NCBI GenBank assembly: GCA_023257055.1
Contig: JALRDG010000043.1
Coordinates: 1 to 29,150 of the forward strand
DNA length: 29,150 bases
Direction of reading: 5' to 3'
From: Candidatus Saccharimonadia bacterium
GTDB taxonomy: Bacteria; Patescibacteriota; Saccharimonadia; Saccharimonadales; Saccharimonadaceae
Of this stretch, positions 8,067 through 16,450 are shown in pieces (the first letter of the stretch is position 1; every line of letters starts with the position of its first letter). The position numbers and the translations under genes are program-made. A model generated the notes under the pieces. That model saw only the letters and a list, made by a program, of their open reading frames with translations, was not told the origin of the DNA and searched no databases.

Positions 8067-9134
8067 TTAAAATGTGCGATTCGTAGCTTTGTCGATGAGT
8101 GCTTTAAAAGTAGCTTGCTTATCTACGCTGACATTCATTTCTGAAATGAGTTCATTGGCATGGATCGAGAGAGTTCGAACGTACTGTTCGGTTAATTCTT
8201 TGGCGCCACTTGCAGCGATAGCGTCTTTCAAATGATCGATTTCTTCATGGGTTGCGTGCGGGTTGCCAAAAACATCCCAAAAGGCATCGGTCTGTTCGAC
8301 GGTAGTTATTTCAAGATACTTCTCGATAAGATAGGTGTGTTTGCCTTCTCGTATGTCACCGCGACTAGATTTCCCCGTTGTTTCTTCATCGCCGAAGCAG
8401 CCAATGATGTCGTCGGTCAGCTGATACGCAATGCCAAGAATTTCGCTATATTTACTGAGTACCATACGTTGTTGCTCGGTTGCGCCAGCCAAGGCCGCTC
8501 CGGTAACTAAAGGAGTGATAAAAGAGTAACTCGCAGTTTTGTATCTGGCAATTAACAAAGCGTCTGTTTTTTCGAATTCTTTGAACGCACCTTCCGTGTC
8601 GAGCAGTTCACCTCCGCAGACCTCGAAAATTCCAGCACTAAGTAGGGAAGTTGCTTTTATTTTCAGTGTGTCTGAAAGTTCACTCGCCGCAATGCATTGG
8701 TAGGCGCCGGATAGTAAAAGGTCTCCGCCAAGAATCGCAGCTCCTTGGCTATAATGTCGCCGAACGTGAGGGTCACTGACGTGCGGGGCATACAGCTGCA
8801 TGTACGATCCCGTGATATTCGATACGCCATATCGAATATCATCTCGATCGATAATGTCATCATGAACGAGTAGCCCGAGATGAAGCAGCTCTTGCGCGAC
8901 TGCGACAGGGATAATTGACTGTGTGTCGTTTCCGCCAAATGCCTCGTACGCGAGAATAGTCATTTGAGGCCGTAATCTTTTTCCTCCTGCAGTCGAGAGA
9001 GACTGAATTGTTTGCCACAGACGGGCGTAATCAGGGTGTATAGCCTGAGCGTTATCAATTGCCTCTTGCAGAAAACTTTCAAGCTTGGTAGAAATAAGTT
9101 CTGGTGTGTCTGCGTGATGAAAGAGATTTTGCAT
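8067..9134 (-). CDS. Polyprenyl diphosphate synthase (trans-prenyltransferase, GGPP-synthase/IdsB-CrtE-like)
   Basis: GGKRLRP, first Asp-rich motif LVHDDIIDRD..RYG, G(G)ELLD, RYKTASYS, second motif AYQLTDD, DIREGK.T. Confidence 0.92.
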   Translation of the reverse strand: MQNLFHHADTPELISTKLESFLQEAIDNAQAIHPDYARLWQTIQSLSTAGGKRLRPQMTILAYEAFGGNDTQSIIPVAVAQELLHLGLLVHDDIIDRDDIRYGVSNITGSYMQLYAPHVSDPHVRRHYSQGAAILGGDLLLSGAYQCIAASELSDTLKIKATSLLSAGIFEVCGGELLDTEGAFKEFEKTDALLIARYKTASYSFITPLVTGAALAGATEQQRMVLSKYSEILGIAYQLTDDIIGCFGDEETTGKSSRGDIREGKHTYLIEKYLEITTVEQTDAFWDVFGNPHATHEEIDHLKDAIAASGAKELTEQYVRTLSIHANELISEMNVSVDKQATFKALIDKATNRTF

Positions 9135-9208
9135 ATTGTCGTCTTATTTTATCATAGCCACTTACCTCGACGGTGTGAAAAACGCCTACACCTGGTACTA
9201 TTAGAAGT

Positions 9209-10126
9209 ATGATTTCATATCTCCGCTCTACGCATTATCGACCGGCCATCAAACAGCGGCAAAGTCTGCAGCCGGGTTGCTGGGTTCGTTGCGAGAAGCC
9301 GTCTGAAGCTGAACTGGAGAAGCTGATTAATCTCGGGCTGGATGCTGATATCCTCCATGACACACTCGATCCACACGAGGTGCCACGCGTCGAGCTTGAT
9401 GGCGACTGGACGTACTTTATTACACGCTTACCAGACACTGACGACAACTTTAACGACTATACGACACCTATCTTGTTCGCAATCGGTCGTGAATATATTG
9501 TTACGGTTGGACGAGATTCGCTAGGGCGCCTGTGGCAGCCATTTATCGACAACGTCCAAGCACCGACAACGCAAAAAACGAAGGTCTTCATGCTGATGAT
9601 CGATGCAATCATACGGCAGTATTCCACGCGAGTCGCTTCTATCAATCGCCAGATGCGCGCAGCTACAACCGATATTGTCAATTTACGTCCGAAAGAAATC
9701 GCTAATATCGTTGAATACGAACGAAAACTCAATGATTATCTTGACGCTCTCATTCCAACGAACACTTCGGTGGAAAAAATTCTCAGTGGCAAGTTATTGC
9801 AGTTGTACGAAGACGATCGCGAAACTGCCGAAGATCTCTCGATTGATCTCGAGCAGCTAATTTCTCGTTGTAAAAGCTTGCTCCGTACGATTACGAACTT
9901 GCGTGATTCGTATCGTGCGGTAATGGATACACGTTTGAACGAGACAATCCGTACACTGACGCTCATTACTTTAGCACTGACAATTCCAACGATGTTGGCG
10001 GGATTATTTGGTATGAACGTAGCGCTACCGGTAAACCCTGAATCGCCTGTTGTTTTTTGGTTTGTCGTAGCGCTCAGTGTGGCTGCGGCCGGAAGTTTAA
10101 GTATGTATTTTAATCGAAAACGATAA
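9209..10126 (+). CDS. corA: CorA-family Mg2+/divalent cation transporter (copy 1)
   Basis: DTLDPHEVPRVE, LNETIRTLT.IT.A..IPT.LAGLFGMNV (GMN motif) and two C-terminal TM helices. Confidence 0.9.
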   Translation: MISYLRSTHYRPAIKQRQSLQPGCWVRCEKPSEAELEKLINLGLDADILHDTLDPHEVPRVELDGDWTYFITRLPDTDDNFNDYTTPILFAIGREYIVTVGRDSLGRLWQPFIDNVQAPTTQKTKVFMLMIDAIIRQYSTRVASINRQMRAATTDIVNLRPKEIANIVEYERKLNDYLDALIPTNTSVEKILSGKLLQLYEDDRETAEDLSIDLEQLISRCKSLLRTITNLRDSYRAVMDTRLNETIRTLTLITLALTIPTMLAGLFGMNVALPVNPESPVVFWFVVALSVAAAGSLSMYFNRKR

Positions 10127-10144
10127 GGGGACGTAGAAATATCA

Positions 10145-10825
10145 ATGTCGAACGATCATAAAAAATATCCTCGATACCTCATTACAGCACTCTTGCTAGC
10201 ACTTGGGGGATTTACGCTACTCGCTATTGGGTTCCTTGGTGTTATGCGATTTGTCGTATCTGGTGCAAGTCAATCGTACGACGAGCGTGTATTACTGGCA
10301 ATTAATGCATGGTCAACGCCGCTGCTCGATACGACTATGCGTACTATTACAGATTTTGGATCAGTTGGCGTGGCGGCAGTCGTAGTCATTGCCGCGCTTT
10401 TGTATGTACGCAACCATCACACCTACCGGGCACTGTTTATCGTGAGTGCTGTCGGCGGTGCTGCAATTTTGAGCGTTGTGTTGAAACTTTTATTCTCTCG
10501 CCCTCGCCCCGATTTATGGCAGCATCTTGTGGTGGAAGAAACATTTTCCTTTCCAAGCGGGCATGCCATTGCAAGCAGTGCACTCGCGTTTAGTGTCATG
10601 ATCTTACTGTGGCGTACACGATATCGTTGGCTGGGGGTGATAACTGGGGTTGTGTATATGTTGACAATTGGTTTCAGTCGAATGTATCTCGGCGTTCATT
10701 ATCCAACTGATATTATTGCCGGCTGGCTTGTCAGTGCGGCATGGGTGCTGCTTGTGGCAACAATGCTGTGGCATCGTCGACAGGTACGTCATGCCATGAA
10801 AGCGTTAGACGATACAACGAAGTGA
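10145..10825 (+). CDS. PAP2-family lipid/undecaprenyl-phosphate phosphatase
   Basis: C1 KLLFSRPRP, C2 SFPSGH and C3 SRMYLGVHYPTD, with multiple TM helices. Confidence 0.92.
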   Translation: MSNDHKKYPRYLITALLLALGGFTLLAIGFLGVMRFVVSGASQSYDERVLLAINAWSTPLLDTTMRTITDFGSVGVAAVVVIAALLYVRNHHTYRALFIVSAVGGAAILSVVLKLLFSRPRPDLWQHLVVEETFSFPSGHAIASSALAFSVMILLWRTRYRWLGVITGVVYMLTIGFSRMYLGVHYPTDIIAGWLVSAAWVLLVATMLWHRRQVRHAMKALDDTTK

Positions 10826-11674
10826 TTGCTGCACGCTTGCTATAGTAATTTCGGTGTGCGCCGGTAAGCGTATAATCTCGCCATCTATTTGCATACGCGT
10901 GGAATGCGTTGTTATAAAAGAGAAAGATTTGGCTTGCGGGGCTGTTTCAATACCAACGGTCGAAGCCTTAAGGAGGTACTGTAGTAGCCGAGGCCCGCTA
11001 GTGGAATGGAGGGCGGATATCTCAAACAGGCCGTCATCTATCTCGGCCGTTTTCGAGAGCTTAAGGACCTTAGACATACGACCGTTCGTGCTAAAAACAA
11101 GGCTATCATAGCGACGACGCCCGCCGTCTATGATGATACGAACAGAGCGAATGCGAAACAAGTTACGAATAACCAGCCATAACTCATTGATGCGATTAAG
11201 TTTCGTCTGATTAAGTTCATGTCCTATTTGTGGGGTTATGCCGATACCGGCGTAGGAATGACCATAGTAGGTATGAGGGCCAAAAGAGATTTTCAACGCG
11301 TCAATTAATCGAACATCACCTAGTCGAATCCGTTCGACCGTATTGCCCTCATGAACAAAGTGATAGTGATCGTTTGCATTACCGGACGGCAGGAGGCCGC
11401 AGACCGCTCGTGACTCTAGTGTGGAGTTGCTGAGAACGGCATTTACAATTTCATGGTATGTGCCATCACCACTTGACGCAATAAGCAGCGTCTCGGCTTC
11501 AGTGGCATGCTCACGGGCAAAGTCGCCCGCATGTCCGGCGTAATCTGTTTTTAAGAGCTCCACCTGCAGGTGGTCAATTGACGTAAGCTTATCGAACAGT
11601 TCTTTGGCAGTAGTATAGCTGCTACCAGTGCTGACGGGATTATAAAGAATGTATACCTGGGTGAGAATGGCCAT
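10805..11674 (-). CDS. Soluble diacylglycerol/lipid kinase family protein (DAGK_cat, DgkB/YegS-like)
   Basis: ILYNPVS, SSGDGTYHEIVN, GLLPSGNAND, IDDGLFEI, MQIDGE. Start moved from 11722 to the ATG at 11674 (MAILTQVYILYNP), which has TGC-TATAGT 6 nt upstream. Confidence 0.88.
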   Translation of the reverse strand: MAILTQVYILYNPVSTGSSYTTAKELFDKLTSIDHLQVELLKTDYAGHAGDFAREHATEAETLLIASSGDGTYHEIVNAVLSNSTLESRAVCGLLPSGNANDHYHFVHEGNTVERIRLGDVRLIDALKISFGPHTYYGHSYAGIGITPQIGHELNQTKLNRINELWLVIRNLFRIRSVRIIIDGGRRRYDSLVFSTNGRMSKVLKLSKTAEIDDGLFEISALHSTSGPRLLQYLLKASTVGIETAPQAKSFSFITTHSTRMQIDGEIIRLPAHTEITIASVQQSLRCIV

Positions 11675-11707
11675 ACAGGTACTATAGCAGGAGTAAAGTA
11701 GAAGATT

Positions 11708-11723
11708 TGTTATATATCTCACT
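11708..11723. promoter_or_regulatory. Candidate Crp/Fnr-family binding site shared by the divergent lipid kinase and yeaQ/ymgE-like genes
   Basis: TGTTA-tatatc-TCACT lies 37 nt from TATGAT (11745-11750, plus) and 37 nt from TATAGT (11686-11681, minus). It is 17/20 identical to the site at 22290. Confidence 0.68.
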
Positions 11724-11784
11724 GTTCGTCGGCTACAAGGCCGATATGATGGAGATACACACGAAATAAGTAAAGGAGATATAT

Positions 11785-12054
11785 ATGTTAGATATCATTC
11801 TGTGGATCCTGTTCGGTGCATTAGCCGGATGGATAGCATCAAAAATTATGAAGACCGATGCGGAACAAGGTGCGATCGCGAATATCATTGTTGGTATTCT
11901 TGGTGCCTTCATTGGTGGTTTCCTGATGCAGGCATTGACCGGCCAGCCAACCGACACCTTCAGTATTGGCGGCTTGCTCGTTGCCATTCTTGGCGCAGTT
12001 GTTCTGCTTGCCATCTACAAGGCCATCACTGGTCGTCGCGGCGTTACTCGCTAA
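11785..12054 (+). CDS. GlsB/YeaQ/YmgE family stress-response membrane protein (transglycosylase-associated)
   Basis: [16 protein letters not shown]...[15 protein letters not shown]...[16 protein letters not shown]; RBS AAAGGAG at 11772-11778. Confidence 0.93.
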   Translation: MLDIILWILFGALAGWIASKIMKTDAEQGAIANIIVGILGAFIGGFLMQALTGQPTDTFSIGGLLVAILGAVVLLAIYKAITGRRGVTR

Positions 12055-12084
12055 TTCAACTACACACTCTCACTCTCTCACTTT

Positions 12085-12117
12085 ACCGCTCGCGCCCTCT
12101 CGCGAGCGGTTCTTTTT
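12085..12117 (+). terminator. Intrinsic terminator
   Basis: accgctcgcg-ccctct-cgcgagcggt followed by tcttttt. Confidence 0.85.
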
Positions 12118-12177
12118 ATGTACTATGGTTACTAAAAGATAGAAAAAATACCCCAATCAACCTATAATAGAGCTACG

Positions 12178-13962
12178 ATGATACAGCGATTACGATCGGT
12201 AGCTTTAACCCATTTACGGGCCTTGCGAGTAAAACGCTTTTTTTCCTCGACGTACTTAATTGCTTTGACGATCGGATTCGGGATCGTCCTTTGTTTATTA
12301 ACCGTCCTTTCAGCACGTGCGCTACATATTGCCAATCAAGACATGGTAGAGGTAGCAATTGAGCGACGAAAGCGTGAAGATGCTTTGGAGATAAACCGAG
12401 CGATGTCAGCTCATTCTCAGGCGCTTCTCAGCTCGGTCGGGTTAATGAACAGTGTCAGGATGACGCCGGAGGTATGGGGTCGATTCATTGCCTCCTATCG
12501 TAGCGAGGATGCATTTCCGGCAATGTTTGCAATTGGCGCGGCGGAATATATTCGATCAGAAAATATACCGGAGCTAGAAGCGCGCCTTTCAGACCAGTAT
12601 CAGCGTCCGGTTGAGGTATTTCCTAGGCCGACTGGAGAATTTAGTGAACCGGTGCTGTATGTCGAGCGAGGTGATAGCTTGGCACAGCAGACCATCGGAT
12701 TAGACATGATGCAATTGCCAGAGCGCAATGAGGCGGCTGAACTAGCCACGGACACGAACTCAATCGTACTGACCGACCCTGCTCATATTATTTCCGATAC
12801 GACGACACTCGAGGAAGACCCCCGGTCTGCCATCTTCATGTTTGCACCGTATTATGTGATCGGTAGCGATCTTTCGACCGTTGAAAAACGACAAAGGGCA
12901 ATACGTGGCCATGTATATATCGCGTTTCATACACAAGAGCTATTTTCAAAGATATTTTCAGAAAATAATTTTAATAACATTCGGTTGGTTATATATCAAA
13001 AAGACGACCCGGAAAAAGATTTATTATATGCATCTCCCAATATTTCCGCTCATCGACGCCAACAGAACGTAAAGACTGATCTTACGTTACTGAATAAAAC
13101 GTACACGTTGGAATACCAATTTAACGCTGCTTCGATATTGTCGCCGGTTCAGCGGTATGCACCACTACTGACGCTCCTGTTTGGATTGACGATTAGCATC
13201 GTGTTACCTGCTTTGATGCACAATATTGTGCGCGCTCGCCAGAATGCCTTGCATTTTGCAAATGAGCAAAAGATTAAAAAGGCGCAGGACGAACTACTTT
13301 CACTTGCTTCGCATCAGCTCCGAACGCCCGCTACGGCCACTAAGCAGTACATTGGCATGGTATTGCAAGGTTTTATGGGTGACGTGCCGAAAGAGCAACA
13401 GGCGTTCTTACAGAAGGCCTACGACAGCAATGAACGTCAGTTGCGTATCATCAATGATATTCTTCATGTTGCTAAGCTTGATGCTGGCCGCATCGTACCA
13501 TCCATGAAACCGTTTGACATCACGGCTACTGTCAAAGGCGTGCTCGAAGATACGGCTTCCGATGTTCGAAAAGCAGGTATTACTATTCGGCGTCAGCTTG
13601 GTCGCTCGTATATGTTGACAGGGGATGAATACATGATTCGGATGATTGTAGAGAACCTGGTAAGTAATGCAATTAAATACACGCCTTCTGGCGGCAAGGT
13701 GACTGTCGCGGCTCGGCGAGAGGCGCATGGCTATCATCTTAGCGTGACGGATACTGGTATAGGTATCGCAAAGCAGGACTTTGATCGTTTATTCAAGCAG
13801 TTCTCGCGGATAGAGAGCGATCATAGTGCGACAGTGCCAGGTAGTGGCGTTGGGCTGTACTTGGCGCAAAATCTTGCACATCTGCACGGCGGCAAGATTA
13901 AAGTAGTGTCAAAAATTGGCAAAGGATCGACCTTTACACTGTATTTGCCAAAAAATATGTAA
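12178..13962 (+). CDS. CHASE-domain membrane sensor histidine kinase
   Basis: Two TM helices flank a CHASE-like region (PVLYVE, IGLDM...RNEA..LA.DT...LT.P). Transmitter motifs ASHQLRTP, NLVSNAIKYT, VTDTGIGI, GSGVGLY. Confidence 0.9.
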   Translation: MIQRLRSVALTHLRALRVKRFFSSTYLIALTIGFGIVLCLLTVLSARALHIANQDMVEVAIERRKREDALEINRAMSAHSQALLSSVGLMNSVRMTPEVWGRFIASYRSEDAFPAMFAIGAAEYIRSENIPELEARLSDQYQRPVEVFPRPTGEFSEPVLYVERGDSLAQQTIGLDMMQLPERNEAAELATDTNSIVLTDPAHIISDTTTLEEDPRSAIFMFAPYYVIGSDLSTVEKRQRAIRGHVYIAFHTQELFSKIFSENNFNNIRLVIYQKDDPEKDLLYASPNISAHRRQQNVKTDLTLLNKTYTLEYQFNAASILSPVQRYAPLLTLLFGLTISIVLPALMHNIVRARQNALHFANEQKIKKAQDELLSLASHQLRTPATATKQYIGMVLQGFMGDVPKEQQAFLQKAYDSNERQLRIINDILHVAKLDAGRIVPSMKPFDITATVKGVLEDTASDVRKAGITIRRQLGRSYMLTGDEYMIRMIVENLVSNAIKYTPSGGKVTVAARREAHGYHLSVTDTGIGIAKQDFDRLFKQFSRIESDHSATVPGSGVGLYLAQNLAHLHGGKIKVVSKIGKGSTFTLYLPKNM

Positions 13963-13973
13963 GATAATTCATA
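13958..13973. promoter_or_regulatory. Candidate Crp/Fnr-family binding site upstream of the single-domain receiver gene
   Basis: TGTAA-gataat-TCATA overlaps the kinase stop codon. It is 37 nt before TAATAT (13995-14000), or 35 nt before the overlapping TATAAT at 13993. Confidence 0.5.
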
Positions 13974-14007
13974 GCTTATTATCAAAATATCGTATAATAT
14001 AAAATAT

Positions 14008-14379
14008 ATGTCAGGTAAAGTACTCATTGTAGAAGACGAAATAGCATTGTCTGATGTCTATAAAACCTTGCTCGATCAGGCCGGGTATGATGTTCGCGTC
14101 GCCGAAAACGGCGAGGTGGCGCTGGGAGTCGCGGAAGAATTTCAGCCAGAGATGATACTACTAGATCTTCGAATGCCGGTGCTTGATGGAATCGGCTTTT
14201 TACACAAATATGATCTTAAGAACGCACATCCGGACGTAAAGGTTGTCGTGTTCAGTAATTATGATATGCAAAAAGAGATTGATGAAGCATATTCGCTTGG
14301 TGCCGAGCGCTATCTATTAAAGGCGTGGGCGTCACCAAAAGAGCTTATCGAGCTAGTAAAGACGACACTTGGTAAATAA
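14008..14379 (+). CDS. Single-domain response regulator (receiver only)
   Basis: IVEDE, ILLDLRMPVLDG, FSNY, YLLKA; 123 aa with no output domain. Confidence 0.93.
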   Translation: MSGKVLIVEDEIALSDVYKTLLDQAGYDVRVAENGEVALGVAEEFQPEMILLDLRMPVLDGIGFLHKYDLKNAHPDVKVVVFSNYDMQKEIDEAYSLGAERYLLKAWASPKELIELVKTTLGK

Positions 14380-14388
14380 TAGTTATTG

Positions 14389-14417
14389 AAAACCCGCCAC
14401 ATAAAGGCGGGTTTTTT
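14389..14417. terminator. Bidirectional intrinsic terminator
   Basis: aaaacccgcc-acataaa-ggcgggtttttt between convergent genes. Confidence 0.85.
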
Positions 14418-14431
14418 GTTGGCAGGTGATA

Positions 14432-15109
14432 TTACAGGAGACTGTTAGTTGGATGAATAGCCGCAAAGCTGTCATCGCCAATGGAGCTTTCGATTGACTT
14501 GCGGTCAATAACGAAGCGTGAATTCTGATATTCAATGCTGCCTTGCTCCTTGAGCTTCTTCAGTTCAATAGTGGAGGTTTCACGCGTTAAGCCGGTCAAA
14601 CTTGCGAAGGTAGAGTGGGTGATCTTGAAGTTAATAAAATAACGACCATCGCGCTGCTGTCGACCAAAGCGGAGGAGGAGGAAGTATACCATCAGCTTAA
14701 CTTTATCGGCAGCACGAGTCTGATTTAAGGCATTAACTTGCAGTTGTGATGAGGTATGACTGCGGACAAAGTAGTCGAATACATGTTGTCGCGCGTCTTC
14801 ATCCGAGGTGATGATTGCAAGTAATTCATCCTTTGGAATTGTGTATACTTCGCAGTCTTCAAGTGCTTCATAATAAAATAGCGTACTTGAAGACTGTCCG
14901 TATATCCAGGCATCAGGAAAGATATCACCTTCGGTGTGAAAGTTAATAATCAGTTCATTACCATGATTATCAATGCGGTACACTTTTATAGTGCCGCGCT
15001 TAAGGACATGGGCCTGACGAGGAACTTCTCCCTGATACAGGATAATAGATTTGCGTTTATAAACACGCTTGGTTGCCACATCTTTTAGTAGAGGTAGAAG
15101 TGTACGCAT
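14432..15109 (-). CDS. Crp/Fnr-family transcriptional regulator
   Basis: cNMP-binding-fold motifs (YKRKSIILYQGE, LKRGTIKVY, YEALEDCEV) and C-terminal HTH ITHSTFASLTGLTRETSTIELKKLKEQGSI. Confidence 0.92.
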   Translation of the reverse strand: MRTLLPLLKDVATKRVYKRKSIILYQGEVPRQAHVLKRGTIKVYRIDNHGNELIINFHTEGDIFPDAWIYGQSSSTLFYYEALEDCEVYTIPKDELLAIITSDEDARQHVFDYFVRSHTSSQLQVNALNQTRAADKVKLMVYFLLLRFGRQQRDGRYFINFKITHSTFASLTGLTRETSTIELKKLKEQGSIEYQNSRFVIDRKSIESSIGDDSFAAIHPTNSLL

Positions 15110-15205
15110 ACCTCTGTATCATACCATTTTTTGGCTATTTGTGCACTTTTTTCGTAAAGTTTGCTAGATATGCATAAGTAGAAAAGTACGCTATACTGCT
15201 TATGA

Positions 15206-16129
15206 ATGGCCGAGTTCTATCAAAAAATTACCGCGCAAGAACCGCTTCACCGTATAAAAACCGCACAATTGGGCGGTGTATGGGCGCATGCCGGAACGAA
15301 AGCGGCAATTGATGAACTAGCTCGGCACTACGAGCTTGATCCACATATTGTTCGCGATGTATGTGATGAGCGCGAACTGGCGCGCATGGAAAATAACGGT
15401 CACGCCACCTATGTATTTTTCCGAAAACTTACCAGAGAGTACGATGGCCATGCGATTTCCGCACCGATACTGGCTGTGCTATTGCCAGATGCACTCATTA
15501 CGATGTCACCACATACGGCATTTAATCCTGGAGCATTAGGTGACGAACTGGTGCCGACAACCGATAAACCAGCTTCGGTTCTGACGGTAGTGCTAGGTAC
15601 GCTTGTCACGCAGTATGAGCAGCATATCCACGATATTAACGAAAAGATCAAAAAGCTCCGTAACCGGTTGCGTACACACGAAGTAAGTAATGATGATTTC
15701 ATCATGTTTGTTTCGATTGACGACAACTTAAATCATTATCATCAAAACCTTGACGGATTACTAGCGGTAATGCGTCGTTTGCGTGAGAATCAGCAGGTCG
15801 GATTTACCGCGCATGATATTGAAGTCATCGATGATATATCACTACATATCGAGCAGTTAGTGGTAGCGATTAAAAGTGCTAGCCAGACAGTGAGTAGTAT
15901 CCAGAACGCCTACAGTACGATTGCTAATAACCGCCTAAACCATCGCATGAAAGCTTTGACTGTTTTTACAGTCCTCCTGACACTTCCTAATGTTTTTTAC
16001 GGAATGTTCGGCATGAATGTCAGCTTGCCGTACCAGGAAGAACCGTGGGCATACACGGCGATTGTCGGGTTGACAGGAGTGTTAATCGTTGTTATTTACG
16101 CTATTGCAAAACGCTTACGTTTGTTTTAA
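15206..16129 (+). CDS. corA: CorA-family Mg2+/divalent cation transporter (copy 2)
   Basis: DVCDERELARME, NNRLNHRMKALTVFT..LTLPNVFYGMFGMNV..P. Confidence 0.9.
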   Translation: MAEFYQKITAQEPLHRIKTAQLGGVWAHAGTKAAIDELARHYELDPHIVRDVCDERELARMENNGHATYVFFRKLTREYDGHAISAPILAVLLPDALITMSPHTAFNPGALGDELVPTTDKPASVLTVVLGTLVTQYEQHIHDINEKIKKLRNRLRTHEVSNDDFIMFVSIDDNLNHYHQNLDGLLAVMRRLRENQQVGFTAHDIEVIDDISLHIEQLVVAIKSASQTVSSIQNAYSTIANNRLNHRMKALTVFTVLLTLPNVFYGMFGMNVSLPYQEEPWAYTAIVGLTGVLIVVIYAIAKRLRLF

Positions 16130-16163
16130 TATGTAGGTATAGGCTGTGAAATGCAGCAAATTC

Positions 16164-16192
16164 TTGACGGCTATAGGCAAGCTTGCTATTAT
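16164..16192 (+). promoter_or_regulatory. Near-consensus sigma70 promoter with no long ORF downstream
   Basis: TTGACG-17 nt-TATTAT. Confidence 0.65.
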
Positions 16193-16290
16193 AAATATTG
16201 CGTCTTGCAAGAAAAACGCAAATTTAAAAACTATTTTAAAGGTCGACATACGCAAGACATAACGCTTCATAAAGGAGTACAACTACGCAC

Positions 16291-16383
16291 ATGCCAATAG
16301 CCATCGAATTTGTGTCTACTAGGCGCAAAAAGATTGCAGTGGATGTGGTGCCCGCCGAATGGCAACTGTATATCGCTCATTAG
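16291..16383 (+). CDS. Possible 30-aa small protein (MPIAIEFVSTRRKKIAVDVVPAEWQLYIAH), or part of an sRNA
   Basis: Sits between the promoter at 16164 and the terminator at 16401. AAAGGAG at 16271-16277 is 13 nt upstream, which is long. No recognised homology. Confidence 0.3.
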   Translation: MPIAIEFVSTRRKKIAVDVVPAEWQLYIAH

Positions 16384-16400
16384 AACATATGAGTTCACAA

Positions 16401-16439
16401 ATAAAATCACCCCAAGGCACCGGGGTGATTTTATGTTTT
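16401..16439. terminator. Bidirectional intrinsic terminator
   Basis: ataaaatcacccc-aaggcacc-ggggtgattttat (13-bp stem) with T-rich tails on both strands. Confidence 0.85.
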
Positions 16440-16450
16440 ATTTGTACGAA

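Noticed and set aside
3849-9134. Claim that this bacterium makes full archaeal ether lipids
   Set aside because: GGGP synthase, DGGGP synthase and G1P dehydrogenase are not in the window; CarS plus a prenyl synthase is not sufficient evidence.
9174-9190. TGTGA...CTACA between the prenyl synthase and corA
   Set aside because: The spacer is 7 nt rather than 6, and the distance to either -10 does not fit.
12062-12083. CACTCT/CTCACT low-complexity run after yeaQ
   Set aside because: Short and imperfect, consistent with an ordinary 3' UTR; no array structure.
11802-12167. 121-aa alternative-frame ORF over yeaQ/ymgE
   Set aside because: It has no RBS, runs through a clear terminator and shows no recognisable motifs.
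16145-16160. TGTGA-aatgca-GCAAA as a fifth Crp-like site
   Set aside because: The right half-site is poor, it is 42 nt rather than 37-38 nt from the -10, and that promoter already has a good -35.
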